From: Rhodosorus marinus CCMP1338
Lineage: Eukaryota > Plantae > Rhodophyta
Assembly: GCA_029953675.1 (NCBI GenBank)
Contig: JAMWBK010000005.1
Span: 1,426,001 to 1,490,000, forward strand
Direction of reading: 5' to 3'
Length of the DNA stretch: 64,000 nt
Shown: in pieces, positions 26,818 to 39,722 of the stretch
Position numbering within the stretch: the first letter of the stretch is position 1
Layout of the letters: each line of letters opens with the position of its first letter
Program-made: the position numbers and the translations under genes
The notes under the pieces: generated by a model
What the model saw: the letters and a program-made list of their open reading frames with translations, nothing else
Told to the model about the DNA's origin: nothing
Databases searched by the model: none

Positions 26818-26945
26818 GGGTATAACCGTGTCAGCCAGGAATTCTCACGTTCGAGTGCGCTGTGGAGCGTGGAAGGATTCAGTTCTCTCTAGATGGACAT
26901 TGTTGACTATAAAGCGTTTGAGAGAGGGTGCGCGTCCTTCCCAAT

Positions 26946-29900
26946 TTAATAGAATCTTGACATGTCTTGTATACGCATTGCTAAGTCTTCAACTGGGACC
27001 TCAACGAGGAGTGCAACTTTCTCCATAGACGCGTGGTCCAAATCCAAAAACCTCTCGATCAGGTCACCATCCACAAACTTCTTGGCCTCACCGGTGCGCC
27101 TTGTGAGGCAGGTAGTAGAGCATGTAGAGCATGATCAGGGCAAGCTATCTCTAGTTGAGGTGCAAAGAGGACTTCCACTCACCTTTCATTTGAGAACGAA
27201 CGCCATTCCTTATGTTTTATTCCACCGACACCAGTTACAACCTGCCTCATTGCATCCTGCACCTTGCTGAAGAAGTTCCAAGCATCGGGCTTCAACTGGG
27301 CTACTATTCCTAACATTCCGCTCACAGTTGCGAAAATATGGGAATGTAGAACGGGTCCATCCGAGTCCACTTGCGGAGCGAGGTGGCCCCGCCGAATTCT
27401 GTTCACTGACTCTCCAAGGTGGAACTCACCAGCCTTTTCCAATCGGGATCGGTCCTCTTTATACAACGCGTCAGGGTTCCACTGAAGCTGTTCAGGATTT
27501 GACAGTAGCAAAGAACGATATCATCAGTCCGGGCTGCATGTGCAAATTGACGTTGGGTTGAATGGGGAACTCATACCGTGAACATGTTGAACGAGCCATC
27601 GGTACCTATGAAAGTCTTGTTGTCCACCATGGCTACCTCCGTCATCCAATTCGTTTCATAATCACGCTGTTCACAAGACACAAAGCGGGAAAGAGCGTTT
27701 ACAGGCTTAAGGGTCAGCACATAGCTACGCGCCCGAGACGAACCTTGTCATCGACCTTGTCCATACCGCGGTCTCCTCGAGCGCGTTCTGCTCTTCATCG
27801 AATGTGAGCAATCTCATCGATTTGATCATATCGCCCTGCTCGGGACACGTTTTAGGGTACATTCCCTCTTTAGATGCTTCAAGAACACCCGTGTTTCTCT
27901 CCGACAGAGTGATTGCTTTCTCTAGGCTTACCGAAAGAATCCACTTGTCACTGCAGTCAAGCGCCAGTACGAGAATTTGTCCATGTCGGCTGCTGCGCGG
28001 CACAAGCTTCATAGCTTTGTTCTCCCCCTCCTCCCATTTGAGGAGGATCACCCTTCCGCTTACCCCAGCAACTACGCCACCCATGAACTGCTCTATACAA
28101 AACACAAACCCCTTCATTTCGGTCTCAGAAACTAACAGAAGGCGAGCTTCGCCGATAGTAAAGACTAGGATCCTTCCGGTCTCCGAATTCGCCGAACCTG
28201 CAAAACGTGTTAGTACGGAAGAAAGCTCAAAAATCGCGCCGGCCGGAGCGCACAACGTACCCTCCGTGTTGTAAGCGGTTGCAACGACTACATGCTCCTG
28301 GGCATCCTCGGCATCGTCACCAAATGTAGTTGTCAAGAGGCTGCAGCCGGTTTCATTCTCCTGAAAGCTGCAGCGGAAAATGAGAATCTCGCTAGTTACT
28401 GAGGTGTTCAGAAAGGTAATCAGTGAACATGTAGAGTCGTACTTGAACCTATGAAGGACCTGGAAGTCGTTGTTCAGCAACACCACACCGTCCATCTCGG
28501 TCCTTGGAGATCCCGTTTCTTCCCGCTCTGTAGCGCATAAACACAGAGGATAGCTGGCTTCAGGATTCTGATGGTGAAGGACATTCCTCGTGCTTCTTGG
28601 GCAAGTACCTCTTAAGGCATCCTGCTTCTCGAACAGCACCGCAAAAAGTCGAGCCTTTGGAACTCGCGTGATCCTTCTAGGTTGCTCATCAAACGGAATC
28701 GTGCGAACGTGAAACCCTTGCACATCGTCCACGCCACCAATGATCAACGAGTTCTGCACGTAGGACAGGTTCTTTGATGAGATTACGCCGGGCTCGCGGA
28801 CAGCGGTTCTTCCCAGTTCGGATTCCCTACCTCGGTGGCGATTGCCAGGCATTCCGGGAACGCCTCGGAGTCGAACATAGACACCTGCGTGACTTCTCGC
28901 AGGTTGATGTTCGAGCAGAGGAGCTTATGTGACCGGAACGCGTTGTATAAGACGGTTGGTCGATCGCATGCTGCGAAAACGAACATGCGGTCACGATTGC
29001 GGAACGGAATCAAGGTAGCAGGTTGCGTTCCAACGTTGATTCTCCTCTTTTCCGAAAGGATCTCGTCTGGTCTGCCGTTTGTGTTGAGGATGTAACTGAT
29101 CACGTATCCGTCTCCATCCGCGATAAGAAGCATGAAAGTTTCTGATGTGCAAGATTCATTCACGTTGCTCAACAGCGAGTATTCTATTTCCATGCCGGGC
29201 GGATCGGGCAACGTACTTTCGTCGAGTGTTGTAAACAAAACAGATCGAGCAATCAAGTTGCCTCCAAGATTCTCAACGTGGACAGTCTTGAGTTCCGGCA
29301 AGGAAACTAGCTGGACATTGACATCTTTCCATGTGCCAACAGCGGCCCACTGCAAAAATAAAGAATCACGCGACTTTCAGATCTCATGTTAAGATCGTTC
29401 TTGCTCAGCGCCGGCAGCTGAAGACCCACCTTGGCTCTCGGCTCGTCGCCAAGCGGTGTGCAGTCCAAGCAAGACACCTCGTTCTCAAGTTGAACATGAG
29501 CCTGAAGGTGAAAAGTTGCGCAAACAGAAGGATTAAGAGGCCTGCTGCGAGTCCACCATCATCAAAATCAAAGCATCTAGTCTTACCTTTTCGACTATGG
29601 ATTTGCTCTTTGGGTCAATCTCGAAGCATGCGAGATTGCCATCCGAAGTCGCTACCAAAAGTTGCTCAGTATTTCCACTTGCGACTAGGTTGCCAAAAGA
29701 TCATGCAAATGAGCGATTCCGATTGCTTCCTCTGGATACCTTGAAGCTTACCTGTTATTCTGCAAGTACTCGGTGGTTTCCACTCGCTCGTTGAAGTCAT
29801 CGTTTGAGAGGAGAGTAGAATAATACCATCGCCTGTTACCTACGGGAAGAAAATCACGTTGACGTACGAATCTAAGCGGCGGCATCGTTGAAGTGCTTCG

Positions 29901-32220
29901 GAGGATTTAGTCGTACCTGTACTATTGTATCGCCAACAGTATTCGCCGCAAACAGGGTTGGTGCGCTGTGGTTGAAGCCTGCGATTACCGCCTCTTGCAT
30001 TTCTGTGGCGCTTGTCATCTCCAGAATACGAGTCTCTGGAGTAGGAACAACAAAATCTTCAGCAATTGAAGGAGTAGAATTTGGATACCAATCTTCTACC
30101 CAGGGAATTCCTCACCTGTTGTGAACGACTGAACCAAGAAAGAATGGAAGGCGTCCTTTGCCTTTCTCTTCAGGGAGAACATTCCTTTGATCCCCGCAAT
30201 TTGTACAGAGGCCTGAGAATAGGGACGTACTTCTTTTTAGCACTATCGCGGAAGGAATACCTCTAGAAATGCATCTCCAAACCTGTTCAACAACGCTCGT
30301 TCCATTCCTTATGACCCTAAGCGATAACCCTGAGCATGTTACAACCTACATGGATCGATCGCACGCAATGGATCCAATTAACAAGTCAGTATTTCCCGCA
30401 TAAGTCACCCAAAGTAATACATGATCGCCAAGATACGTACAACTTTCCGACTCTGCTTCTCATCTTCGACGAGGATGAAGTCCTTAATAGGGCCTATGTT
30501 CGGGTAGGTTGCCATAACCTGGACAATTAAGAAGTAAATCTGCTGAGCAATCTTCCAGAACCCAGGTTGCAAATTCTCTGCGATCTGCGTCAGGAACGTA
30601 CCCTCAAGTTCATCTTCGACTCGGGATCCATTTCCTTCAACAATTCGATCAACTGGCTATCACCGAACCGACTTCCGATGAACACAAAGCCATTGTCAAG
30701 ATAACTAATTGCCGATGAAATAGAAGTGGTTCCAAGCTCTTCAATTTTCAAACCGGAAACTCTGTTCTGGTCCTTCTCTAACACGAGGAGTCTCAAGGCT
30801 CCTGTGTCGTCACCGAGAAGATATCGAGACCCATCCCCGTCCACGCGGCCTGGTCGGGAGGAGAGCTTTCAGGAAAGCTTGACAAAACATGTATCCGACT
30901 TATCAATCCTCCACTTCTAACTCACCAACGGTCTGCTTCGAAAGAGAGCTCGGGATGCGGACTGACAGCGGCTCTCCTCTTGGCGGGTTGGCAACGTAAG
31001 TTATTGTGTCTTCGCCAATGACAAGAACCCCGCAGAGCGGCGCAGGTACGGCCACAATTCTCGTTCCAAAAGATGCCTTGATTTCTATCTGCCAAACCTC
31101 TTGGGAGGCCTCGACAGGATTTACATCCTAGATCGTTCAAGCTCAGTCTCAGCAGCATATCCAATGACAGACCATTCGATGACTTCACTCTGCAGTACCT
31201 GGTGGATTTCGAGGGCTCTTAAATAGCCACTATCGCGTCCATGAAGACATGCAATCGTTGGCGTGGCGCAACCATCAAGGAACACAATCTCATGAACATT
31301 ATCTCCTATTCGGATGTTGTAAGCCTCCTATTGGGTTGACGAGAGCATTTTGCCATTAGGGGAGGTGCCATTCAAAAAAGAATCCAAACGGCTTCTGCAG
31401 AGCGTCTGAAGTGATTACCCTGGAGTAGTCGGTCGGAATGATTTTTAAGAGACGCTCGTACAGGTACAAACCAAAGCAACGGAGTTGTGGATCTGCTACT
31501 CCTGTCAAACGTGTAAAAAAATTCCTTGTGTAAGCGTAGCGCTTCCCTGCGAGTGTTCCGGAAGAGCAACAACTCGGCATGGAGATATCGACCGGGCATG
31601 CTTTCCACGCGATAGCCCCTCAATTTCGGTCCAAATGAGGGAATAGGTGCGACTATGAAAGTGCAGACCAACCTATTATGTTGTGGTTGTCCAAACGCCC
31701 GATCTTGTCCTTCACATCGCCACCTACCAGAGTCTCACACCTGTTCGTGTTTGCGTTCCATTTGAGCACAAAGAACTTGTATCGCTCAGTCAACACCAGC
31801 AGCTGATCTTGATCGTCGCCCGGGGGTTTACAAAGCTTCATAACAGCGATTCGCCCTGTTGGGAAGGCCAAAACGGAAGGAACAGGGCTGAGAACCCATG
31901 ACCAGCTGAAAGAAGCCCAAGCCCATGGTACGGCGATTCTTACCATAAATCGGAATTTCAAGTGTGTGAACTAGACCCTCGCGAGTGAAAGCATACACAT
32001 CGATTCTTGTTGTTCTTCCCACCAGAAGGTTCCGTTTGTTAGGGGAGAAAAAATTACCGACCTACATTGCGAAGCAAAGCAACAAAAAAAAGCAATCTAA
32101 ATCTGAACAAGAGCTTACGTAGCAACCCGGGAAAAAGGTACCCCGTTCGCTCGCAAAAAAACCAACCTGCGTATGCTCCACGATCGAAGCCTTGTGCGCG
32201 GTGACAACATATGTGTTCAT
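26946..32220 (-). CDS. DDB1: DNA damage-binding protein 1 (CUL4 adaptor), many exons
   Basis: MNTYVVTAHKAS, YLDNGFVFIGSRFGDSQLI, VFAACDRPTVLY, HVRTIPFDEQPRRI, FHLGESVNRIRRG, GVGGIKHKEWRSF, FVDGDLIERFLDL. Confidence 0.95.
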
Positions 32221-32704
32221 TCTTCCGCTCCTTTACTCTCCAGTTTTTCAACCCAGCAAGGCAGCCAAAAGCTGAACCGAAAGAAAAACAAAAGACGAAC
32301 AAACCTCTACACCTGGTCGAGGTGTGCCCGTTGTCTCCAAAATGTCCTCCAATATCCCAACGTAAACAGAATTACTCCTCAGATCAGGAGCAACAAGGAG
32401 ACCCAGCAGTGAAATCAGTTGTATTCTTTCAATCTGATCATATTCTTCTAAGACCAATGCTAAGAATACGTGAGATTCCAAACTATCTCAATCTATACAA
32501 CGATCTCAGTACACATCGATGTTCTTCCCTACCCCCTCGCTCCTCCAATTGCAATGTCATAATCGCTTAGATATTCCGTTGAGAAGCAAGGTAGTGATCT
32601 GGGATAGGGAAGTGGACCATGAGTATCACTAGGGAGCATCATCTTTAGGTTCTAGAGGGGAGCATAGCCTTTATCTAATATTCGAGCTTTAGATCATCTG
32701 TAAA

Positions 32705-33442
32705 ATGTCGACTGGAAGCGATGGACCAGCGAGGTCAATGGAGAAGGTGTCGAGGAAGAGCAAAGGTTCTTCGAGGGCTGAGGCGGGGACGGCGAGAGGT
32801 TCATCCAACTCGGAGGAGAGCGAAGCTGCGAGGGTAGTGATGGAAGAGATCGAGAAGGCGAAGAAAGGTGAGGAGTTGTCCGCTAGATCGCCGGAGGCCC
32901 CGAAGATGGAAAAAGTGTCTGGTTTCTCGAGGGAGCAAATGGAGATGATGGATCAGTCGGAGCTGGACAAAAAGTCCAGAGTGGTTCAGGAGAGGTTGGC
33001 GAAAAGAGAGGTAGAGCTGAAGAAACAGGCGATGCGAATTGAGAAGCTTAAAGCGGAACTGAAGGCGATCGAGGCACCAATGAAGAAGGAAATCTTGGAG
33101 GTCAGAGAAAAGCTCGAGGATGCTAATCGGCGGGAATCCAGGTGAGATACTGTCCCTTACCGTATGCCTCACGCTTCAATCGCGGACGAATGTGGTCTGA
33201 AATTATCCCCATCATCCCATAGCTGCGTCGCGACAGTCAACGAACTTCGAAAAACTCTGTACACTACTGAAACTGAACTCAAGCACATCCGCGAGAACAA
33301 GATGGAGCTCTCGGGAAAACTTTTGGGGATCATGCGAGACTACGAAAAGAGAAAAGAAGAGCGCCTCAACGAGCTCTCGGACCTAGTCGGTGACGAAAAA
33401 CCTAAGCCCAAGGACACTGCAGTCACCTTCGGAGGATTCTGA
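32705..33442 (+). CDS. Coiled-coil protein resembling RAB6-interacting golgin (GORAB/SCYL1BP1 family); 2 exons
   Basis: RVVQERLAKRE...LKAIEAPMKKEILEVREKLEDAN...KMELSGKLLGIMRDYEKRKEERLNELS resembles the plant GORAB-like pattern as recalled; not verified by search. Confidence 0.6.
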
Positions 33443-33778
33443 TCCAACCGGCCGTCAACCGTTACGGGCCAAGCGTTGCAAGTCCGAAACAGTTGCTCTG
33501 GTGCCAAGCGGTTCAGCTTTCGCGAAGCGCATTGCAAGTGTTTGGGACACACAGCCCGTGCTCAAGAGACGAACTGCGCGTGTTCCTTCTTTTGTGTAAG
33601 GCCGCTAAATTATCATTAGAGAAGACTAACAATGACATTTCCAATTGGGGTCCTCGAGGTTTTCGGTCAAGGCGTTGCTATGGTGTGTATAATCCATTGC
33701 TAAAAGGGTGATACACTTAGGGAGTTGGATACATATGTGTATATAAGAATCAGTAAAGTCGGGGTGGAGAGCCTTAGA

Positions 33779-36471
33779 CTACTCTCGCAGGTTAATGTAC
33801 GCGTAATAGTCGAGTGTGGCGTTTCTCCTGGCCAGTTCCCCGGCATGAGTAGTGAGCTGTCTACCGCCTCGCCGAATGCTGGGGGTGTCACCTGCTTTTC
33901 AAATGGGAAGTCAGAGCTTAGCTGCAATGGAAGTGAACTCCCACGGTAGACCTTACACTTGGACACGTACTTGGTCGTCCTCCGAGAGTGTACTCAAGCT
34001 CTTGGATAGACGTCATTGTCTTCCTTTCCTGCGTAGTGAAATCCTTCAAGTAGACCTGCTCCGCTCTTTTCCGGTTGCGGCGATCATCGCCGAGAACTTC
34101 GAGGTCTAAACGCGAAAAAGACAAAGCCAAGTACTCGAGAAACGAAGCACAGCTAGTGATCTGGGCGAGCATCCATCGCTTTGCAATGACGCTTTGCAGG
34201 GCCAGCTCCGGAGGCGGGCATAAGAATCCGGTCGTTGGCCTTTCCCCATTGTTCGACTGTCCGACCAGCTCGTATTGACCTTTTCAAGGAAGAATATGTT
34301 GAACAGGGGTAAATCAGTCTCGGCGCTCCCGAGGTATCTGTTCCAGAACCTACCCGACAAGGCTTCAACAGATAGAGCATTGATCGCGGATCGGAGATCT
34401 CCCCTTGAAGCCGACGCGATCGAGCTCAAAAGATCAGGTGATGCATTAAGATTCTCGCGAAAATTGATTCGAGAAAGAATCGCACGTATCTCAGTCTCGT
34501 CGACCTCACTCATGTGAATCCAAATCGACTTGAAATCCAATTTTCTGGCAGTTGAAATGTGATCGTTGCAGGTGACTATTATAGGGCGGGTTCTCGTCTC
34601 GCATAGCATTTGCAGGCTCTGCCAAAAACCCCGCTCATCCTCTGCAAGCTGATCAACCTCCTCGAAAAGGATCAGTACATTCCTTGGTTACATCACAGCA
34701 ACACGTATGAATGAGGGTTGGCGGATCATAGCAACCGCGAGCGAGAAGGCATAAAGCTTGCGCACCTGTTAATCTCGCTTCCAGATCGAATTGCTTCAGT
34801 CGATGTTACCTCACTGACCTCGGCTAGTATGCGTTTGCCCGTTCTTTAAGCATGAGAAGGCAGTCCAGTGAGAAACACTAAGAGCGCAATAATTTCGAGA
34901 GCAGTTTCATGTATCGGGATCCCGGAGGTTCTTACCTACAAATACCAGCGTTTATCTCATGGACAACGAAACCCAGCTGACCAGCGACCGCGTAAACCGA
35001 TGCAGTTTTACCACAGCCGGGAGGTCCTGACAGCACCTGGACAGTAGTCCGACGAGAGGAGTTTGGTTTAGACACGAATCAGTCTCAGTTGAGGTCTCCA
35101 CCAGTTGGTAAGCCCCGTACCAGTGCAGAACATCGGCCTCTTGCTTTGGTTGATGCTTTTCTAGCTTTTGAACCATCTCGGTGCCAAGACTCCAGCCACC
35201 TGAACATTTCAATTCCACATTTTGAGGGGACTTCACTCGAGGTTTTTGGCCTGTACTTCACAAGCAGTTCCTCGCTTGTTGGTACTGAGCGCGGTCGCTT
35301 AGCTGCTCTTTTTCTCGGACCTAACAGCTTAATGTCGGACCCGATTTCTTGCCTGCGTTGCCTGGAGGCGTCGGTCCACATCTGCTCCGCAAGTCGTTGA
35401 AGTTGTGGGTTCCGAGGTCTTGTTCTGTTTCCTTTCGATTCGGCGCCAACGTGAACAGTAGCATTGTTGCATTCCCATGCGTCCCGACCCTCCGGGCAGC
35501 TCTCGTGCCTGTCGTGGCTCTCTGACTCGGAATGACGTCTCGTCTTCCGCTTCAAGAAGAACGGGTGGTAGTCGTCGCAGGACGCAGCAGGCGCGGGGCT
35601 CTTTGAAATCTCCTCAATCAGGATGACTTCCTGAGTTCCGGAGGTCGTTTCATGCGGAGATTCAGAGTTCCCGGCGGTAAACGATTCTTCCTGGACGAAA
35701 CCTTGCTTATTGGTACTCAATAGGACTGCGATTTCCCCATCAAGCTCTTGCTCATCGCCACCTGCAAGGGCCGGGTTCAAAATATCATCCCCTGCATGTC
35801 TCCCAGTCGAACACGGAGGTACTAAAACGTCCTCTGCTCGCTCTGAGTTGTGATTTTCCAAGTCACTCCCCGGGCCCTCTCCAGCGTTTGGGCAATTCAC
35901 CGTTTCTCGTAGCTGCGCATCATCACCCGGAACACAGCTTCCTAGCGGCTCTCGGGTTTCAACCCGTGACTCGGCCGCTTGACAATCTGTGCGCGATTGT
36001 GGCCCGGGCTTTCCTTGTCCGCTTTCCCGAGGTGATCGCTCTACTACACCTCGCACGAGTGCATTGCAAGCGATTTGGTTGCTCAGTTCAGAACCTGCAG
36101 TTGATTTCGAAACTCCTCCCCGACAATGCTGTTGGAGGGTCAACTGTTTCAGATTCGTGGCACGGGGATTCGGCACATCGTGGCTATCCCGAAACCGACG
36201 ATTAGATGCAGCCCCAGATGTTGAAAGCCACGACGTTAGTGCCCGGTGCTGTTGTTGTGCGGTTTCAATCGATGTCTTCGAGGTCCCTTTAGGATTGATC
36301 TTCCCGCCTTTCGTAGATTTTGAGGGTTTCTGGTGCCAGATTCCATCGTGAAATTCCTTGCTCACGGGCTTATCTATAGTCACAAATAAAACTTCGCCCC
36401 ATTAGTGTACATACGAAGAGCGCAGCTATCATTGCAGTTCACTTACCGTCCAATGCTTGAGAGCACGCCAT
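33779..36471 (-). CDS. ELG1: ELG1/ATAD5-like alternative RFC large subunit; 3' end approximate
   Basis: LSGPPGCGKTASVYAVAGQLGFVVHEINA, LILFEEVD...RPIIVTCND, GDLRSAIN. Long disordered N-terminus. Confidence 0.75.
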
Positions 36472-36947
36472 TCAAATCGACACACGCGGCAAGCCAAGCG
36501 ATCTTCTCCGAAAGCCAGACCCTCACGCGGGTGACAGGTCGGGATGCTCCGGCAGCTCCAGCATTCTACAGCAAGTGCAGACGACAACTCGCAGACAATA
36601 GAAAGTTTACCAACCCCACTGTTTTTTCTTTTTTTCAGGCACCTACCGACCCCGGGATCCCCGGGTTCCAAGCCTGAACCTACCTAGAACAAAACGTAGC
36701 AGAGCGAACAATCAATTCCACAATCCAGAGTTCTTCTCTGTTACGATCTCGAACATTTTCCAGCGCAAGATGAAAACATTTGGCTCGCGATACGAACGTC
36801 CCCTCCCAGTTCCGTCTTGACGAGAGTCTCCTACCAGCCCAAAGGTCTAATCCGGTGCATAACCTACTGACCCATCAAGGATTTTGCATTACCTTGGGTT
36901 TGTATTCGTCTCCATTTCCGTTAACTTCTTGAAGCGTCAAGGGTACA

Positions 36948-36986
36948 ATTTCCCGGGAAATATATGACAGCCTGTCATATATTTCC
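36948..36986. repeat. Perfect 31-bp palindrome (15-bp arms, 1-nt spacer; 36956-36986) overlapping a 14-bp palindrome (36948-36961)
   Basis: ggaaatatatgacag-c-ctgtcatatatttcc and atttcccgggaaat, read directly. Confidence 0.95.
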
Positions 36987-37876
36987 AATTTCGGATTCGA
37001 ATTGATTGAATATAGAAAAGAATAGCCCAAGGTCCTGGTTATGTTGATTGATAGTGGTGATCGCGAGTTGAAGAGCTTGGTGTTGCTCGCAGCTTGCGGC
37101 AGCTACGAGCTTTGTTTGTTACCGCTGAAGTCAGCTCTAAATGGTTAAGAGGCTGCTTCGCCAACCGATAATTGCGCTGCGCTTGCATCTGCTGCGTGGC
37201 TTTTTTGGCTTGCTGAGTTGTGTAGACACAAGTTAGGGGTTGAAAAAAAGTATTTTTTTGTACAGGTATGCGGGGTCTGGAGGACTATTGTGGACCAGGA
37301 GGGTACATCGGGGTGCTATGAGAAACCTTTGCGACGTCTGACGACAGCATCTCAGCCAACCTTTCGCTTCCCCTCCAGCGATACACATTTAACAGAGAAG
37401 AGAGCGAAGATGGACCCCTTCTCGTCTAATCTACAACCTTCCTCTTAAGAACGAACTTGCTTCGTACTGGACACAAACTCTGCCAAACAAACACGGACAT
37501 CGGAGCGCCATAAAAGAGATTGTCAAGCTCAGCCACTTGTGTCCACTTCTGGATCGAACGGTCCCAACCCGCATCTTCCCGTCGTTCTGGACAGCGCGTA
37601 GGTGACAGACTGACGACTTCATTCCAAAAACCAAAAACCGTACACACCAAATTCCCAAATCCACAAAGACGCTTGCTGTGGAATTTAGCGTCCTTCGACG
37701 TTCAACAGACATTTCCCCAGCCGATTTCTACGGTATGAAAAAAACAACAAACAAATGTGCACTGTTATGCTTTTGCTCGAGGAAACTATGGGCTTGGAAA
37801 TTACTAGCACCTACTCACTGTACAGTAGTAGCTCCTCCAAGCGGGCGGCACACCTTCACCTGGTGGAGTTTGCCCC

Positions 37877-38279
37877 GTAATCTGATTCTTAAGAGCTAGG
37901 TATTTGATTAAGCACCCTCTTTGGGGTTACGTTACGGGGAGAACCCTTTGTGTGTTTGTATTTTATCTAGAGAAGGAGCGCACCGGGGACTCCAATTGTG
38001 ATAGGCGCGGAGAAGTATACACTTTTTCATACTATCGTACTTTATTATATTTTATGCTTCTATATCGTATTTTCACCCTTTTTATACTTTCTTATATATT
38101 GTTTAAAACTTTAGATATACATACATAAATAAATATAATAAATATATATTTATATATATTAGGGTTGGGCAAGAGGGTCGGGTTTTTCGTTGTGTACCCC
38201 TCTAAACCCCCATGTTTTCGAGGGTTTAACCATTTGAGGGTCGTAAGCAGCGAAAAGCCCGACCCTCTTGGCACAACCC

Positions 38280-38310
<31 letters not shown>

Positions 38311-38594
38311 TTGTATATTTATATGATATATATAAGCAAGTACTAAGAAGGGATAAAAATAAAAATTCGATATAAGAGTAGAAAATTTAATAATGTACAA
38401 AAGTATGATGAAGCATAAATTCCTCATAGGCTATCAGGAGTCTCTCCCCACCCCCCACACCTTCGGTCCGTCCGCTCCCTCTCTGGAACAAATACACGCA
38501 CACACACACCATAACCTTCCAGCTATCTCGCCCGCAAAAGGTCTCCCCCGAAAACCTAACATAATCTAATACCAAGTTTTAGTAGTCAGATTAT
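37877..38594. repeat. Long imperfect inverted repeat (fold-back), ~720 bp, centred near 38220
   Basis: The left arm aligns to the reverse complement of the right arm throughout: 37877-37910 with 38561-38594, 37925-37985 with 38465-38550, 38020-38100 with 38330-38415, and 38161-38193 with 38247-38280. Confidence 0.9.
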
Positions 38595-39722
38595 GAGACC
38601 AAGGCAACGAAAATTGAACTAAGATAACTTTAGCTGGAATCCTGTAACAGAGGGCCTCCGAATTGACCCTACCAAGGGTTAGTGGCAACCCCCCCACCCC
38701 CCCCGCGACCAGCTCGATTGAAGAATTCATTTTTAGCGTCACCCCTACGTCAACTACAAAAATTGAATATTATAATTTAAAAAAAAGATATTCTGGAGCC
38801 ATCCGTAAATTCAGGAGGATGACGTTTACCTAGTATTCGATGTAAGCTCCCCCAAAACACTAGTTAACTGTCACCTGTTCTTTTGCCTTGTGGGTCTATA
38901 AATCCGCTTTTTTTATTACTTGATTTCATATACGACTAGATGACGTTTAAATACTGAATTTATGTTCTCGTCCAAGCGTCACCCTCCTCTTTTCCTCGTG
39001 AGCGTCGAAAGGGCGGTTAATTGTTCTAAAATATAATATCCTAGTTGCTAATAGAATGATACAAATATTTGTGTTGAACGTATTAGTTTAAGTATCACAT
39101 ATTATTATTTTAATAATATCTTTATTTAGTTTAAAAATAAGATAGATACATCATGACACTAAAATTGTTTTATTGGTTTCGCTGTCTTGGCTAAGCTCCC
39201 AGCTAAGTCAGCAGCAGCTTTTGGGGGTGGTGTGGGGCAAGAGCGAGGCAGGAGTACAGAGGGGAAAGATCGTGCAGAAGGTGAAGTGTCGATGTTACTA
39301 GTTAAGTTTGGCTGGTAGAACTCGGTGGGGGACTTTCGCGACCTTTTTTTTTTGCTTTGTGGTTGGTGTGTTTGTTAAAGTTTGGTTTCGTTGGGCAGAA
39401 GTGTAAGGACTTGCTGGCTTTTGCTGGCGGACAAGATCTCCTGTGCAAGTAGCGGGGTTGAAGCGGGGATTTGTACTGGTTTGCTTGATTTCTCGAACAG
39501 GATTGGACTCATATTTGAGGTCATTTGGTTGGGCGCTTTTTTTCCTATCGGGATAGAGTTGTAAGGGCAAGAGTGGGCTTTCCAGGGGGTCTTGCAGGAT
39601 GTCGTGGTGGAGTTGACACTTCAAGTTTGGCCTAGGGTCTGCTTAGCTCGAGTACGAGTCTCTAGTAGTTTGGAAGCACAAGGTTTTGCTCGTTTGGGGG
39701 GAAGTTTGGCGAGGTGCAGGAT

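Noticed and set aside
37100-37210. tRNA-like or Pol III-like segment (gctctaaatggttaagag ... T-run)
   Set aside because: No T-loop GTTCRA and no acceptor stem or cloverleaf.
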